From NCBI GenBank assembly GCA_038742305.1, contig JAVYKI010000003.1, forward strand, positions 181-64,180: 64,000 nucleotides of DNA, given 5' to 3'. Under the pieces are notes generated by a model. The model was given only the letters and a program-made list of their open reading frames with translations. It was not told the DNA's origin and searched no databases. This DNA comes from Candidatus Aenigmatarchaeota archaeon (GTDB lineage: Archaea; Aenigmatarchaeota; Aenigmatarchaeia; CG10238-14; SpSt-28). Shown here one piece after another: positions 30,031 through 38,438 of this stretch. The position numbers were made by a program, and so were the translations under genes. Every line of letters starts with the position of its first letter. Position 1 is the first letter of the stretch.

Positions 30031-30116
30031 TGCGGGGGGTGGGATTTGAACCCACGACGGCACTAAGCCACAGGGACCTCAACCCTGCGCCCTTGGCCAG
30101 GCTAGGCGACCCCCGC
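30031..30116 (-). tRNA. tRNA-Leu(GAG)
   Basis: Anticodon arm CAGGG-TT-GAG-GT-CCCTG, long variable arm. Confidence 0.95.
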
Positions 30117-30143
30117 ATAATAAGAAGAAAAAAAGAGAAAGAG

Positions 30144-30662
30144 CTATTTTTTTACTACAACTTTTTTGATATATTCTAATGCATAGTTTCTATCTTTCCA
30201 CTCTTTTACTTTTACCCACTTTCCTGGCTCTAGTTCTTTGTAATGCTCAAAGAAATGTTTTATTTCGTTTTTAAAAGCTTCTGGTATATCGTTTACATCT
30301 TTTAACCAAGCTAATCTAGGGTCAATTTTTTCTATTGGTACAGCTATTAACTTTTCATCTTTTCCTTTCTCATCTTCCATTTCTAGCAATGCTATTGGTC
30401 TAACTTTTACTATAGTTCCTGGAAGCAAAGGGAAGGTTGTTATTACTAAACAATCCAAAGGGTCTCCATCTTCGCATTTTGTGCTTGGAACAAATCCATA
30501 GTCAAAAGGATAGTGCATGCTGGTATAAAGTACTCTATCAAGTACTAAAGCTCCTAGCTCTTCATCATATTCATACTTGTTTTGACTTCCTCTACTTATT
30601 TCTATTACTACATAAAGTTCTTCAGGTACTTTTGGTCCTGCTGGCAAATCTTTTAAGTTCAT
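30144..30662 (-). CDS. ppa: Inorganic pyrophosphatase (family I)
   Basis: [32 protein letters not shown]. Confidence 0.97.
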   Translation of the reverse strand: MNLKDLPAGPKVPEELYVVIEISRGSQNKYEYDEELGALVLDRVLYTSMHYPFDYGFVPSTKCEDGDPLDCLVITTFPLLPGTIVKVRPIALLEMEDEKGKDEKLIAVPIEKIDPRLAWLKDVNDIPEAFKNEIKHFFEHYKELEPGKWVKVKEWKDRNYALEYIKKVVVKK

Positions 30663-30686
30663 AAATATTTTTAACATTTTATTTTT

Positions 30687-30998
30687 ATGGATAAACAAGT
30701 TTTTGTAAAGCTTGAGAAATATAAAGAAATTATAGAAAATTTAACTAGCTTGAAAGTTTCTGTATCAAAACTTAAAAATCAAGTTGTTATTTACAAAAAA
30801 ATAAAGGAATTAGAAGAAAAGCTTATTGAAAAAAACGAAAAGGCTTTAGATGAAATTAATCAAAAATTAGATAACTTACTCTTAATATTTACTTCTAAAG
30901 AAGTTGAAAAAGTGGAAACTGAGAAAATGAAAAAGGAAATAGAAGATATATTAAACTCTTTAAAAGAAATAAAAGAAAGTTTAGAAGTTAAAGTCTAA
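30687..30998 (+). CDS. Hypothetical coiled-coil protein
   Basis: Heptad-rich 103-aa ORF. Confidence 0.7.
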   Translation: MDKQVFVKLEKYKEIIENLTSLKVSVSKLKNQVVIYKKIKELEEKLIEKNEKALDEINQKLDNLLLIFTSKEVEKVETEKMKKEIEDILNSLKEIKESLEVKV

Positions 30999-31004
30999 TT
31001 TTTT

Positions 31005-31077
31005 TGGGGCGGGTGGGATTTGAACCCACGACCTTCCGGTCTTCAGCCGGACGCTCTCCCAGCTGAGCTACCGCCCC
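31005..31077 (-). tRNA. tRNA-Phe(GAA)
   Basis: TCCGG-CT-GAA-GA-CCGGA, canonical D and T arms. Confidence 0.96.
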
Positions 31078-31108
31078 TTATAAAAATTATTAAAAATTTT
31101 AAGAAATT

Positions 31109-31312
31109 ATGGGTAGAATAAGAACATTATTAATAAAGAAAATTGCAGAAAAGTTAGTAAGAGAGCATAAAGATAAGCTTTCAGATAGTTTTGAAAAGAA
31201 TAAAGAAATTTTAAAAAGTTTGATACAAATAAGGTCTAAAAAGATAAGGAACAAAGCAGCTGGATATATAACTAAGTTAGTAAAACTTTCAAAATCTTCT
31301 TCTTCCAGCTAA
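31109..31312 (+). CDS. rps17e: 30S ribosomal protein S17e
   Basis: MGRIRT..FEKNK..SKKIRNKAAGYIT. Confidence 0.96.
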   Translation: MGRIRTLLIKKIAEKLVREHKDKLSDSFEKNKEILKSLIQIRSKKIRNKAAGYITKLVKLSKSSSSS

Positions 31313-31876
31313 TTTTATTTTTTCGCAGAATTCTTTATCTTTATTAATAATTACTTTAGTTTTTTTAGCTAAGCAAGTTTTTATTAGTTCTTTTTTCTCA
31401 AAAAACAATTCAAAGCAAATGAATAAAGATTCTAGAATTCCAAATTCAGCAAGCTCTTCTAAATTCTGAATTTCTAATTTGTTAAAATCAACTTTTATAT
31501 TTTCAACTTTTATTAAATCTTTTCTTTCTAAAATTAGCTTAACATTATCTAAATTTTCTTTAAAAATTTTTAATTTTGTACCTATTTTAATATTTTCTGC
31601 ATGATAACCTTTAGTAACTTCTTTTTCAACTTCTAATATTTTTCCTTTTATCCTTAAAAAGCCAGTCTCCTTAATATATTTAACACTTTCAACTTTTATT
31701 TTTGCCAAAGTTTCTATTCTATCAATTTTCTTTTTTGTACCGCTAGAATAACTAAAAATGTTTCTGATTATTTTCATTTCTACTTCATCTTTAGGCTCTA
31801 TTATTATTCCTAGCAAAAAAAGTTCTTTTTCCTTCTCAACTATTGCTAATATTTCGTTTTTTTCAACTATTATCAT
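31289..31876 (-). CDS. Shortened Pelota/Dom34-like protein
   Basis: ELFLLGIIIEPKDEV..IKVESV..LRIKGKI..GYH N-domain; short degenerate C-domain ending RRF. Confidence 0.7.
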   Translation of the reverse strand: MIIVEKNEILAIVEKEKELFLLGIIIEPKDEVEMKIIRNIFSYSSGTKKKIDRIETLAKIKVESVKYIKETGFLRIKGKILEVEKEVTKGYHAENIKIGTKLKIFKENLDNVKLILERKDLIKVENIKVDFNKLEIQNLEELAEFGILESLFICFELFFEKKELIKTCLAKKTKVIINKDKEFCEKIKLAGRRRF

Positions 31877-31885
31877 ATAATTATT

Positions 31886-32797
31886 ATGTTGCCACAAGAA
31901 AGAGAAATTGATGAATTTGGTATTATATTAATAGGTGCTCTAATTTTATTTTTTGGTTTAACTTATTTTATAATTTCTACTCAAACAAGAATTATTGCTA
32001 ATGTTACTAATGAAACTTTAACAATTTTTTCTTTACCTTTTATCAAGTTAGATACTTTAAACAGAACAATAACTTTATTAGAAGTTCAAGGAAGTGTTTA
32101 TAAATCTTTATTTTCTGAAAAGCAAGATTCTTTTCCTTTAAAAATAGATTTAAAAGAAGTTGAAAACATTGAAAAAATAAATTTGCATTTCGATTCTGAA
32201 AAGAAACTAAGTAAAGTTTATTTAGTTTCAGATAAAAGAGTTTTTGAAATACAAAAGGAAATAACAAAAGAGCTTATTACTCCAAATTCATACATTTTAG
32301 TAAAAATTGAAGAAATAGATTATACTTTTTTTGTAATATTAGGCACAGCTTATATATTAATAATTTTAATTCTTTATACTTTGCTAAAAAAATATTCTCA
32401 ATATAATTTTGAAATAAAAATAGCAATTTTATCAGTTTCAGTTGTATTTTTTTCTTTAGTTCTTATTTTTGGAAATAAAAAAGTTGTAGATAACTATAAT
32501 TTAAAATTAGAAGCAATAATGAAATCTTTTGTAGAAAAAAGTTTTGAATTCAAGTTTTTAAGAGAAAAGAGAAATTTAACTTTATATTTTGAATTAGAAA
32601 AAGCAATCCAAACAGCACCATTAAAAATAATTCTTAATGATGAAATACTTTATTTTACAAAACCCTTTTCAAATAGAATAAATATTACAAAAGAAGTAAG
32701 CTTAAAAGAAAGCAACATTTTAAAAATTTCAGTGGAAGGGGAAGCTCTATATGAAATTAAGAATTTAAAGCTTATAGTTGGGCCGGCCCGGAGTTGA
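31886..32797 (+). CDS. Hypothetical membrane protein (3 TM plus beta-rich domains)
   Basis: Hydrophobic segments; 3' end runs antisense into tRNA-Val. Confidence 0.7.
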   Translation: MLPQEREIDEFGIILIGALILFFGLTYFIISTQTRIIANVTNETLTIFSLPFIKLDTLNRTITLLEVQGSVYKSLFSEKQDSFPLKIDLKEVENIEKINLHFDSEKKLSKVYLVSDKRVFEIQKEITKELITPNSYILVKIEEIDYTFFVILGTAYILIILILYTLLKKYSQYNFEIKIAILSVSVVFFSLVLIFGNKKVVDNYNLKLEAIMKSFVEKSFEFKFLREKRNLTLYFELEKAIQTAPLKIILNDEILYFTKPFSNRINITKEVSLKESNILKISVEGEALYEIKNLKLIVGPARS

Positions 32798-32849
32798 ACC
32801 GGGATCTCTGCCGCGTGAGGGCAGCGTCCTACCGCTAGACTACCGGCCC
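32779..32849 (-). tRNA. tRNA-Val(CAC)
   Basis: CTGCC-CT-CAC-GC-GGCAG; acceptor GGGCCGG/CCGGCCC-A. Confidence 0.95.
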
Positions 32850-33262
32850 TATATTCCTTTACCTCTTCTCCAATGATAAGTATAACCAAGAACAAACTTA
32901 TCATCCAAATAATCTAAAATTAAATGCAATAAGAATGAAAGAAAGAAAAGAAAAAGATTTATAGAATATAGTGCTGTAATAGGTGTAAGTATAGACCAAA
33001 AAGCTAAAAAAGGTAAATTGTGAAAAATTAAAAACCCTCTTCTAATTCTATCTGAAGTTATATTAAATTTTAAAAATTTAAGAAAATTTTTCGGAGCAAA
33101 CTTATAATAAGCTACATGATCGATATCTGGAATAAACGAACCAATTAATATTGCTATAATGTTTTCAATTTTTATTTCTTTAAAAAAAATAATGTAATTA
33201 AAAATTACTATAATAGGAACTAAAAAGTGCAAAATTGCATGAACTAACCAAACTTCTCTCAT
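32849..33262 (-). CDS. Membrane-bound metal-dependent hydrolase (YdjM-like)
   Basis: HAILH, GSFIPDIDH, IFHN, LHLILD. Confidence 0.8.
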   Translation of the reverse strand: MREVWLVHAILHFLVPIIVIFNYIIFFKEIKIENIIAILIGSFIPDIDHVAYYKFAPKNFLKFLKFNITSDRIRRGFLIFHNLPFLAFWSILTPITALYSINLFLFFLSFLLHLILDYLDDKFVLGYTYHWRRGKGI

Positions 33263-33810
33263 AAAAAGATAAGGACATAGTATGACAATAAGTATAATGA
33301 AAAGGAAAGAGCTAAAATAATTCCGTAAACTAGAGGATTTATAAGGAAAAGATTATTTCCTGGAGAATTTTTGTACGGAAGCATTATAGAAAAAATAAAA
33401 GAGAAAGCAACTAGGGAAAATTTAAAATTTAAAAAAGTAATTGAAAGTAAACCTAAAGAGAATAGAATGAAAATGAAAAATGAAATATAAAGCGAAATTT
33501 CTTTTTCAGTAAGTTTATTTTTTAGAACTCTTTCAAATTTTTTATAATATGCATTAAAATAAATGAAAGGAAAAACTGGAAATTTTAAAAAAGAGAATAG
33601 AATAGAAATTAGCAAACCTAAATTCCAAGTTTCTAACTTAAAATATATTCCGTTTTTTGAAGAAAAATAGAAGAAGAAGAAAAAAGAAGGTAAAAGGAAA
33701 AAAGAAGTGTATACAAGCGTTTCGAGAAAATTTAAATTAAGAGCAATTTTTATAGAAAGAGAGATAAAAATTGTAATAGCAAAAAGCAGTAAAATATTTT
33801 TTTCAATCAT
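33259..33810 (-). CDS. Membrane protein, possibly a degenerate M50-like fold
   Basis: Multi-TM; FSIMLPYKNSPG resembles the FNLLPxxPLDG motif; no HExxH. Confidence 0.55.
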   Translation of the reverse strand: MIEKNILLLFAITIFISLSIKIALNLNFLETLVYTSFFLLPSFFFFFYFSSKNGIYFKLETWNLGLLISILFSFLKFPVFPFIYFNAYYKKFERVLKNKLTEKEISLYISFFIFILFSLGLLSITFLNFKFSLVAFSFIFSIMLPYKNSPGNNLFLINPLVYGIILALSFSLYLLSYYVLIFL

Positions 33811-34582
33811 AAAAGAAATATTTCGTTGCTTCTTTAATGTTTGAAACTTCTACAACTTCTATTCCAACTTCTTTACTTATATTAACTTCTTCTGGAACAT
33901 ATCTTATAGTACAAAATTCAAAACTTGCAATCCTTCTACATTCTTTTTCTTGCTTATATTCATAATATGTTGATTGACCCTTTGGAACTAAAAGAATTTT
34001 AATTCCAAAATCTTTTGCAGCTTTTGCTTTTTCAAGTATTCCTCCAACTTGGCCTATGCTACCATCTTCGTTTATAGTTCCAGTAATTGCAACATAAGGG
34101 TTTAGAGTTTTATTGGTAATTGCTGCAATTGTAGCTATTGCAATTGCTGCTCCAGCAGAAGGACCCCCAACAACTTGAGCATCAGATTCAATTTTATAAA
34201 TTATATCGATTTTTGAAGTGTTAACTTTTGCTACTTCTTCAGCAACTTTTTTTGCTATTCTTATAGATTCTTGAGTATCAATCCAAAAAAATATGTTATC
34301 TATAGAAACTAAAGTATTTCCTTCACCGCTCTTAGCTTCTACAAAAAGCTTAACAATTTTTCCGTTTCCATTATTATCTACAGCCAATAATGGTATAAAA
34401 ACTTTAGTTTGAGATTTATTTGCAAGAATAGAAACATTTATAGTAAAAAGAGAAGGTTTTGTAGAAGTAATAGAAGGTTTAGAAAAATATTGAAAAACAT
34501 AGATAATTAAACCTATGTTTAAGAGTATTAAAATTAAAGCTATTATTTCAAAAATTGAGTTTTTTCTTTTTTTGTTTCTCAT
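33803..34582 (-). CDS. Membrane-anchored Lon-type (S16) serine protease domain
   Basis: GGPSAGAAIA, ITGTINEDGSIGQVGGILEKAKAA; N-terminal TM; no ATPase domain. Confidence 0.9.
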   Translation of the reverse strand: MRNKKRKNSIFEIIALILILLNIGLIIYVFQYFSKPSITSTKPSLFTINVSILANKSQTKVFIPLLAVDNNGNGKIVKLFVEAKSGEGNTLVSIDNIFFWIDTQESIRIAKKVAEEVAKVNTSKIDIIYKIESDAQVVGGPSAGAAIAIATIAAITNKTLNPYVAITGTINEDGSIGQVGGILEKAKAAKDFGIKILLVPKGQSTYYEYKQEKECRRIASFEFCTIRYVPEEVNISKEVGIEVVEVSNIKEATKYFFYD

Positions 34583-34606
34583 AAAATTAAATTAAAATAT
34601 TTAATT

Positions 34607-34898
34607 AGGTAGGGGCGCGCCTAGGGTCGATAAGATGCTCAGCCAGCTTTTACCCAAGCAAGCTGCTTATGTCATAAGCTGCTGAACGTCTGTAGTATAT
34701 CTTATGGCTGCTTCCTTTCGGACCTCACCAGGTTCGATATACTACAGACCCCAGCAGCTTATGACATTCATTACAGCCGCTTGGAGCTGGCCAAGCACCT
34801 TACCTTCCCTAGGCTACGGCGGCCGTTATGGACCCTTTGCCACGCAGCCTTTTAGGCTGCGTAGGGGAGGCCCAGCCCCCCGCCGGAGGCCCCTACCT
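34607..34898 (-). ncRNA. ffs: Signal recognition particle RNA
   Basis: GC-rich island; helix-8 motif GTGAGGTCCGAAAGGAAGCAGCC on the minus strand; long helix 5; 15-bp terminal inverted repeat 34602..34616/34889..34903. Confidence 0.92.
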
Positions 34899-34980
34899 AA
34901 TTATATTTTTGATTTCCTAGGCTTATTTTTTAAAACAATAGAAAAGTATTTATATTAATTAGATTATTTAAGTTATAGAC

Positions 34981-35103
34981 ATGGTTTTGAAATATCAAGA
35001 CGAAGAGGAAGAAGAGGAAGAAAGCGAAGAAGAATGGGAAGAGGAAGAATGGGAAGAAGAGTTTGAAGAAGAAGATATAGATTTCGAGGAAGAAGAAGAA
35101 TAA
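34981..35103 (+). CDS. Hyper-acidic microprotein (40 aa, not in ORF track)
   Basis: MVLKYQDEEEEEEESEEEWEEEEWEEEFEEEDIDFEEEEE; mixed GAA/GAG codons; upstream TTTATAT. Confidence 0.75.
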   Translation: MVLKYQDEEEEEEESEEEWEEEEWEEEFEEEDIDFEEEEE

Positions 35104-35115
35104 CTGCCAGAAGCC

Positions 35116-35946
35116 TTAGCAATTTCTGGTTATTTTTATTTTTACTTGATATTTATAAATTCTTGGAGCATAAGGAAGAACTTTTCTTATTTCCAATATT
35201 TCTCCTTCTTTTCTCAATTCAGAAAGTTTTTCTTCAAAAATTTTTTTAATTTCGTTTTCACTACCTTCTTTAGCCCAATAATAAGTATGAATTATTCCAT
35301 TATTCTTTATGAATTCTGTTGCTACATCTAAAAAAGTATGAGCACTTAAAGGTAAAGGCATTATGATTCTATCAAAAAGAATTTTAAATTTAACATTTCT
35401 AGCATCTGCAAGTATGTTAAAAACTTTATCATCAACCTTATTAAGTTTAACATTTTCTTTAGCATATTTTATTGCAAAAGGATTTATTTCTACACAAAAA
35501 ATTTTAACATTTTTCTTTTTTGCAATTGCAATTGCAAAAGGTGCAGTTCCGCTAAATAGCAATAATATTTTTTCTCCATCTTGAACTTCTTTTGCTATTC
35601 TTTGCCTTTCAGTAGCTTCTCTAGGAGAAAAATAAACTTTTGTTACATCTAGCTTTATTAAATATCCATATTCTTTGTGAATTACTTCAGTTTCGTTTCC
35701 AATTATTTTTTCAAAATTATAAGTTCTATAAATTCCTTCTCTTTTTCCAATTTTTTGTAAAACAGTTACAACATTTTTATTTAATTTTTGAATAGCTTTT
35801 GCAATTTCAACTTTATATTTTTCTAATTCTTCAGGAATTTCTATTATCGCTATTGCTTTTTCTTTCGAGCCAATAATATCGAAACTTCTAGGAACTTTTT
35901 CTAATAGTTCTTCAGGAATAATACCTTTAAGAACATCTTTTAGCAT
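35116..35946 (-). CDS. tRNA methyltransferase, Trm5/Taw2 family
   Basis: PRSFDIIG, HKEYG..DVTKVYFSPR..ER, EINP, DRIIMPLP. Confidence 0.92.
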   Translation of the reverse strand: MLKDVLKGIIPEELLEKVPRSFDIIGSKEKAIAIIEIPEELEKYKVEIAKAIQKLNKNVVTVLQKIGKREGIYRTYNFEKIIGNETEVIHKEYGYLIKLDVTKVYFSPREATERQRIAKEVQDGEKILLLFSGTAPFAIAIAKKKNVKIFCVEINPFAIKYAKENVKLNKVDDKVFNILADARNVKFKILFDRIIMPLPLSAHTFLDVATEFIKNNGIIHTYYWAKEGSENEIKKIFEEKLSELRKEGEILEIRKVLPYAPRIYKYQVKIKITRNC

Positions 35947-35952
35947 ATAATT

Positions 35953-36594
35953 ATGATAATTGCTCTTAATTTTAAAGCATTTAAAGAAACTATAGGGAAA
36001 AATTGTATAAAAACAATAAAAGAAGTTAAAAGTATTGCAAAAGAAAATGTAATTTTTATAATTAATCCTGCAGACATTTCTTTAACTTCTTACTTTTTCA
36101 AAAAAAGAAAATTTAAAATTTTTACATCTTTATCTTTTGCAATAGAAAGCTATGGTCAATTTACAGGAAAAATACCAATAGAATTTTTAAAAGATTTAAA
36201 AATTGAAGGAGTATTAATTAATCATTCAGAAAATAGAATAAACTTTTCAGAAATAAAAAAATTTGTTGAAATTTCAAAAAAATATGAAATTGAGACAATG
36301 GTTTGCGTAAAAAGTATTAAAGAAGCTAAAATTACTGATAAATTAAAGCCAAATTATATTGCTTACGAAGACCCAAAATTAATTGGAACTGGAATTCCTA
36401 TTTCTAAAGCAAAATCTAGTTCAGTAAAAAAATTTGCTGAAAGCATAAAAAGCATACCAATATGCGGAGCGGGAATAACTAATAAAGAAGATGTTATAGC
36501 TGCTAAAGAATTAGGATGTAAAGGAGTTTTAATTGCTTCTGCTTTTGCTAAATCAAAAAACAAAAAGCAATTCTTAAAAGAAATTATGGTATGA
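35953..36594 (+). CDS. tpiA: Triosephosphate isomerase
   Basis: NFK, LINHSE, AYEDPKLIGTG, GAGI, GVLIAS. Confidence 0.95.
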   Translation: MIIALNFKAFKETIGKNCIKTIKEVKSIAKENVIFIINPADISLTSYFFKKRKFKIFTSLSFAIESYGQFTGKIPIEFLKDLKIEGVLINHSENRINFSEIKKFVEISKKYEIETMVCVKSIKEAKITDKLKPNYIAYEDPKLIGTGIPISKAKSSSVKKFAESIKSIPICGAGITNKEDVIAAKELGCKGVLIASAFAKSKNKKQFLKEIMV

Positions 36595-37514
36595 AATTTT
36601 TAACAATAGGTTCTGCTGTAGTTGATATAATCGCTTATATAGAAGAAGATGTTGCAGAAAAAGAATTTTTTAAAATAAGAATTGGAAGCAAGTATAATTT
36701 AAATGTTTTTAGGTTTGATATTGGTGGCTCTGCATTAAATGTTGCAATAACTTTATCTAGACTAGGAAACAAAACAAGCATATTAACTAAAGTAGGAAAT
36801 GATTATTATTCAAGAAAAATAATTGAAGTTTTGAAAAAAGAAAAAGTTGGAACAAAATATATTAAAAGGGAAAAAACTCTTTCAGATTTTTCTATTGTTT
36901 TAATGCATAAAGGAGAAAGAAGTATATTAGTAAGTCATACGGTTTCCAAAAAATTTAAAGAGAAAGATATAAAGAAAGAAATTATAAAAAATTTTGATGT
37001 AATAATTTCTACTAGCATTTTTTCTTTAGAAGCAGAAAAAATATATTCAAAAATTTCGGAATATTGCGAAAAGCATGAAAAATTTTTTGTTTTTAATCCT
37101 AGTATAACTGTTTTAAGAAAGTTTGATTTATCATTTTTAAAAGGAAATATTATAATTTTAAACGAAGAAGAAGCAAAAAGTTTAACAAAAGAGAATAATT
37201 TAAAAAAAGCTGCTAAAAAAATGCTTGAAAACTTTGAAATAGTAGTAATTACTTTAGGAAAAAAAGGTTCAATGCTTTTTACTAAAAAAGAGCAATATTA
37301 TCAAGAAGCATATAAAGTTGGAATAGTTTCCACTTTAGGTGCTGGTGATAGCTTCACTGCAGGCTTTACTCATTACTTTTTTAAATATAAAAACCTTCAA
37401 GAAGCATTAAGGTTTGCAAGTGCATTGGCTGCAATAAACATTTCAGATTCTTCTCCAATACCAAGCATAAAAAGCGAGCAAGATGTAATTGATTTTATAA
37501 AAATTAAAAGTTAA
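36591..37514 (+). CDS. PfkB family carbohydrate kinase
   Basis: GGSALNVA, VGND, NEEEA, VITLGKKG, STLGAGDSF. Confidence 0.93.
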   Translation: MKFLTIGSAVVDIIAYIEEDVAEKEFFKIRIGSKYNLNVFRFDIGGSALNVAITLSRLGNKTSILTKVGNDYYSRKIIEVLKKEKVGTKYIKREKTLSDFSIVLMHKGERSILVSHTVSKKFKEKDIKKEIIKNFDVIISTSIFSLEAEKIYSKISEYCEKHEKFFVFNPSITVLRKFDLSFLKGNIIILNEEEAKSLTKENNLKKAAKKMLENFEIVVITLGKKGSMLFTKKEQYYQEAYKVGIVSTLGAGDSFTAGFTHYFFKYKNLQEALRFASALAAINISDSSPIPSIKSEQDVIDFIKIKS

Positions 37515-38416
37515 ACTACTAAATTTATTCTTGCCCCACAATATTTGCATCTATTATTTTCAACATCTATTTTTCCGTTTATCCTATCAATTACTACATT
37601 TCCGCAATTATAGCATTTAGTATTTATTTCCATCAAATCTAAAGAATAAACAAACCTTAATCCGCTCTTTTCGGCCAATTCTTTAAAGTTTTGTATTTCA
37701 AAAATTTCAAGGTTCTTAGTTATTATGTGCATTGGAATAGAAGAGGAAAGAGAAACTAAAAATTCTGAAAAAGATTTTATATCATTATTTCTATCTATAA
37801 AATTCAAAACTTCCACATGCCTCATTTGCCTATAAAGATAAGTAATTGTTTTGTAAATTTCTTCAAAATTTTTTACTCCAAGCTTTGAATAAAAATTTTT
37901 ATCTAAAGAATTATAAACAACAATTCTTGCAACTTCAAAATACTTAGAAATAAACTTTACTAAATTTGAAGAAAAATAAGCATTTGTAGTAAAAACGTTT
38001 TTAAATCCTGCTCTATTAAGCAATTTCCCTAATCTATAAACAGTTTCTATACTCATTAAGCTTTCTTCAAAAGAGAAAACAATGGCTTTAATTTCATTAC
38101 TTATAGAATTTACAAATTCTTCCGAATTAATTTTTTTCAAATCTTTCTCGTTTACACTAAAAAATTCTGTATTCAAATTATTTCCTAAAGTATATACTTC
38201 CAAAACTTTTGAAAAGGGATAGAAATGATAAAGATAAGTATCTTCAATGCTCTTTTCTTCATAGCTAATTTTCATAAAGTTTTTAACAATTAAGTTTCCG
38301 TTTTCAACGATTCTAACCTTGCAAATTCCTTTTTGCCCTTCTTTTAATAAGCATTTATGTAAGCATAACTTACATTTTATTTTTGAATCGAGCTTATCCC
38401 ATAATATTCCTATCAT
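37511..38416 (-). CDS. AmmeMemoRadiSam radical-SAM-like protein lacking CxxxCxxC
   Basis: CKLCLHKC..GICKVR, LYHFYP, TKCYNCG..CKYCG retained; GNNLNTEFF where GCNxxCxxC is expected. Confidence 0.8.
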   Translation of the reverse strand: MIGILWDKLDSKIKCKLCLHKCLLKEGQKGICKVRIVENGNLIVKNFMKISYEEKSIEDTYLYHFYPFSKVLEVYTLGNNLNTEFFSVNEKDLKKINSEEFVNSISNEIKAIVFSFEESLMSIETVYRLGKLLNRAGFKNVFTTNAYFSSNLVKFISKYFEVARIVVYNSLDKNFYSKLGVKNFEEIYKTITYLYRQMRHVEVLNFIDRNNDIKSFSEFLVSLSSSIPMHIITKNLEIFEIQNFKELAEKSGLRFVYSLDLMEINTKCYNCGNVVIDRINGKIDVENNRCKYCGARINLVV

Positions 38417-38438
38417 AAAAATAATTACTTTTTGATGT

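Noticed and set aside
2197..30116. Repeated tRNA-Leu 3' ends as attL/attR of an integrated element
   Set aside because: All three copies are complete tRNAs with different anticodons, the enclosed genes are core housekeeping, and there is no integrase
32650..32904. 84-aa - strand ORF
   Set aside because: Reads through tRNA-Val and overlaps two better-supported genes
34704..34958. 84-aa + strand ORF; also considered as RNase P RNA or a MITE because of the terminal inverted repeats
   Set aside because: The region carries the SRP helix-8 motif on the minus strand and the inverted repeat is SRP helix 1; no RNase P P4 motif recognised
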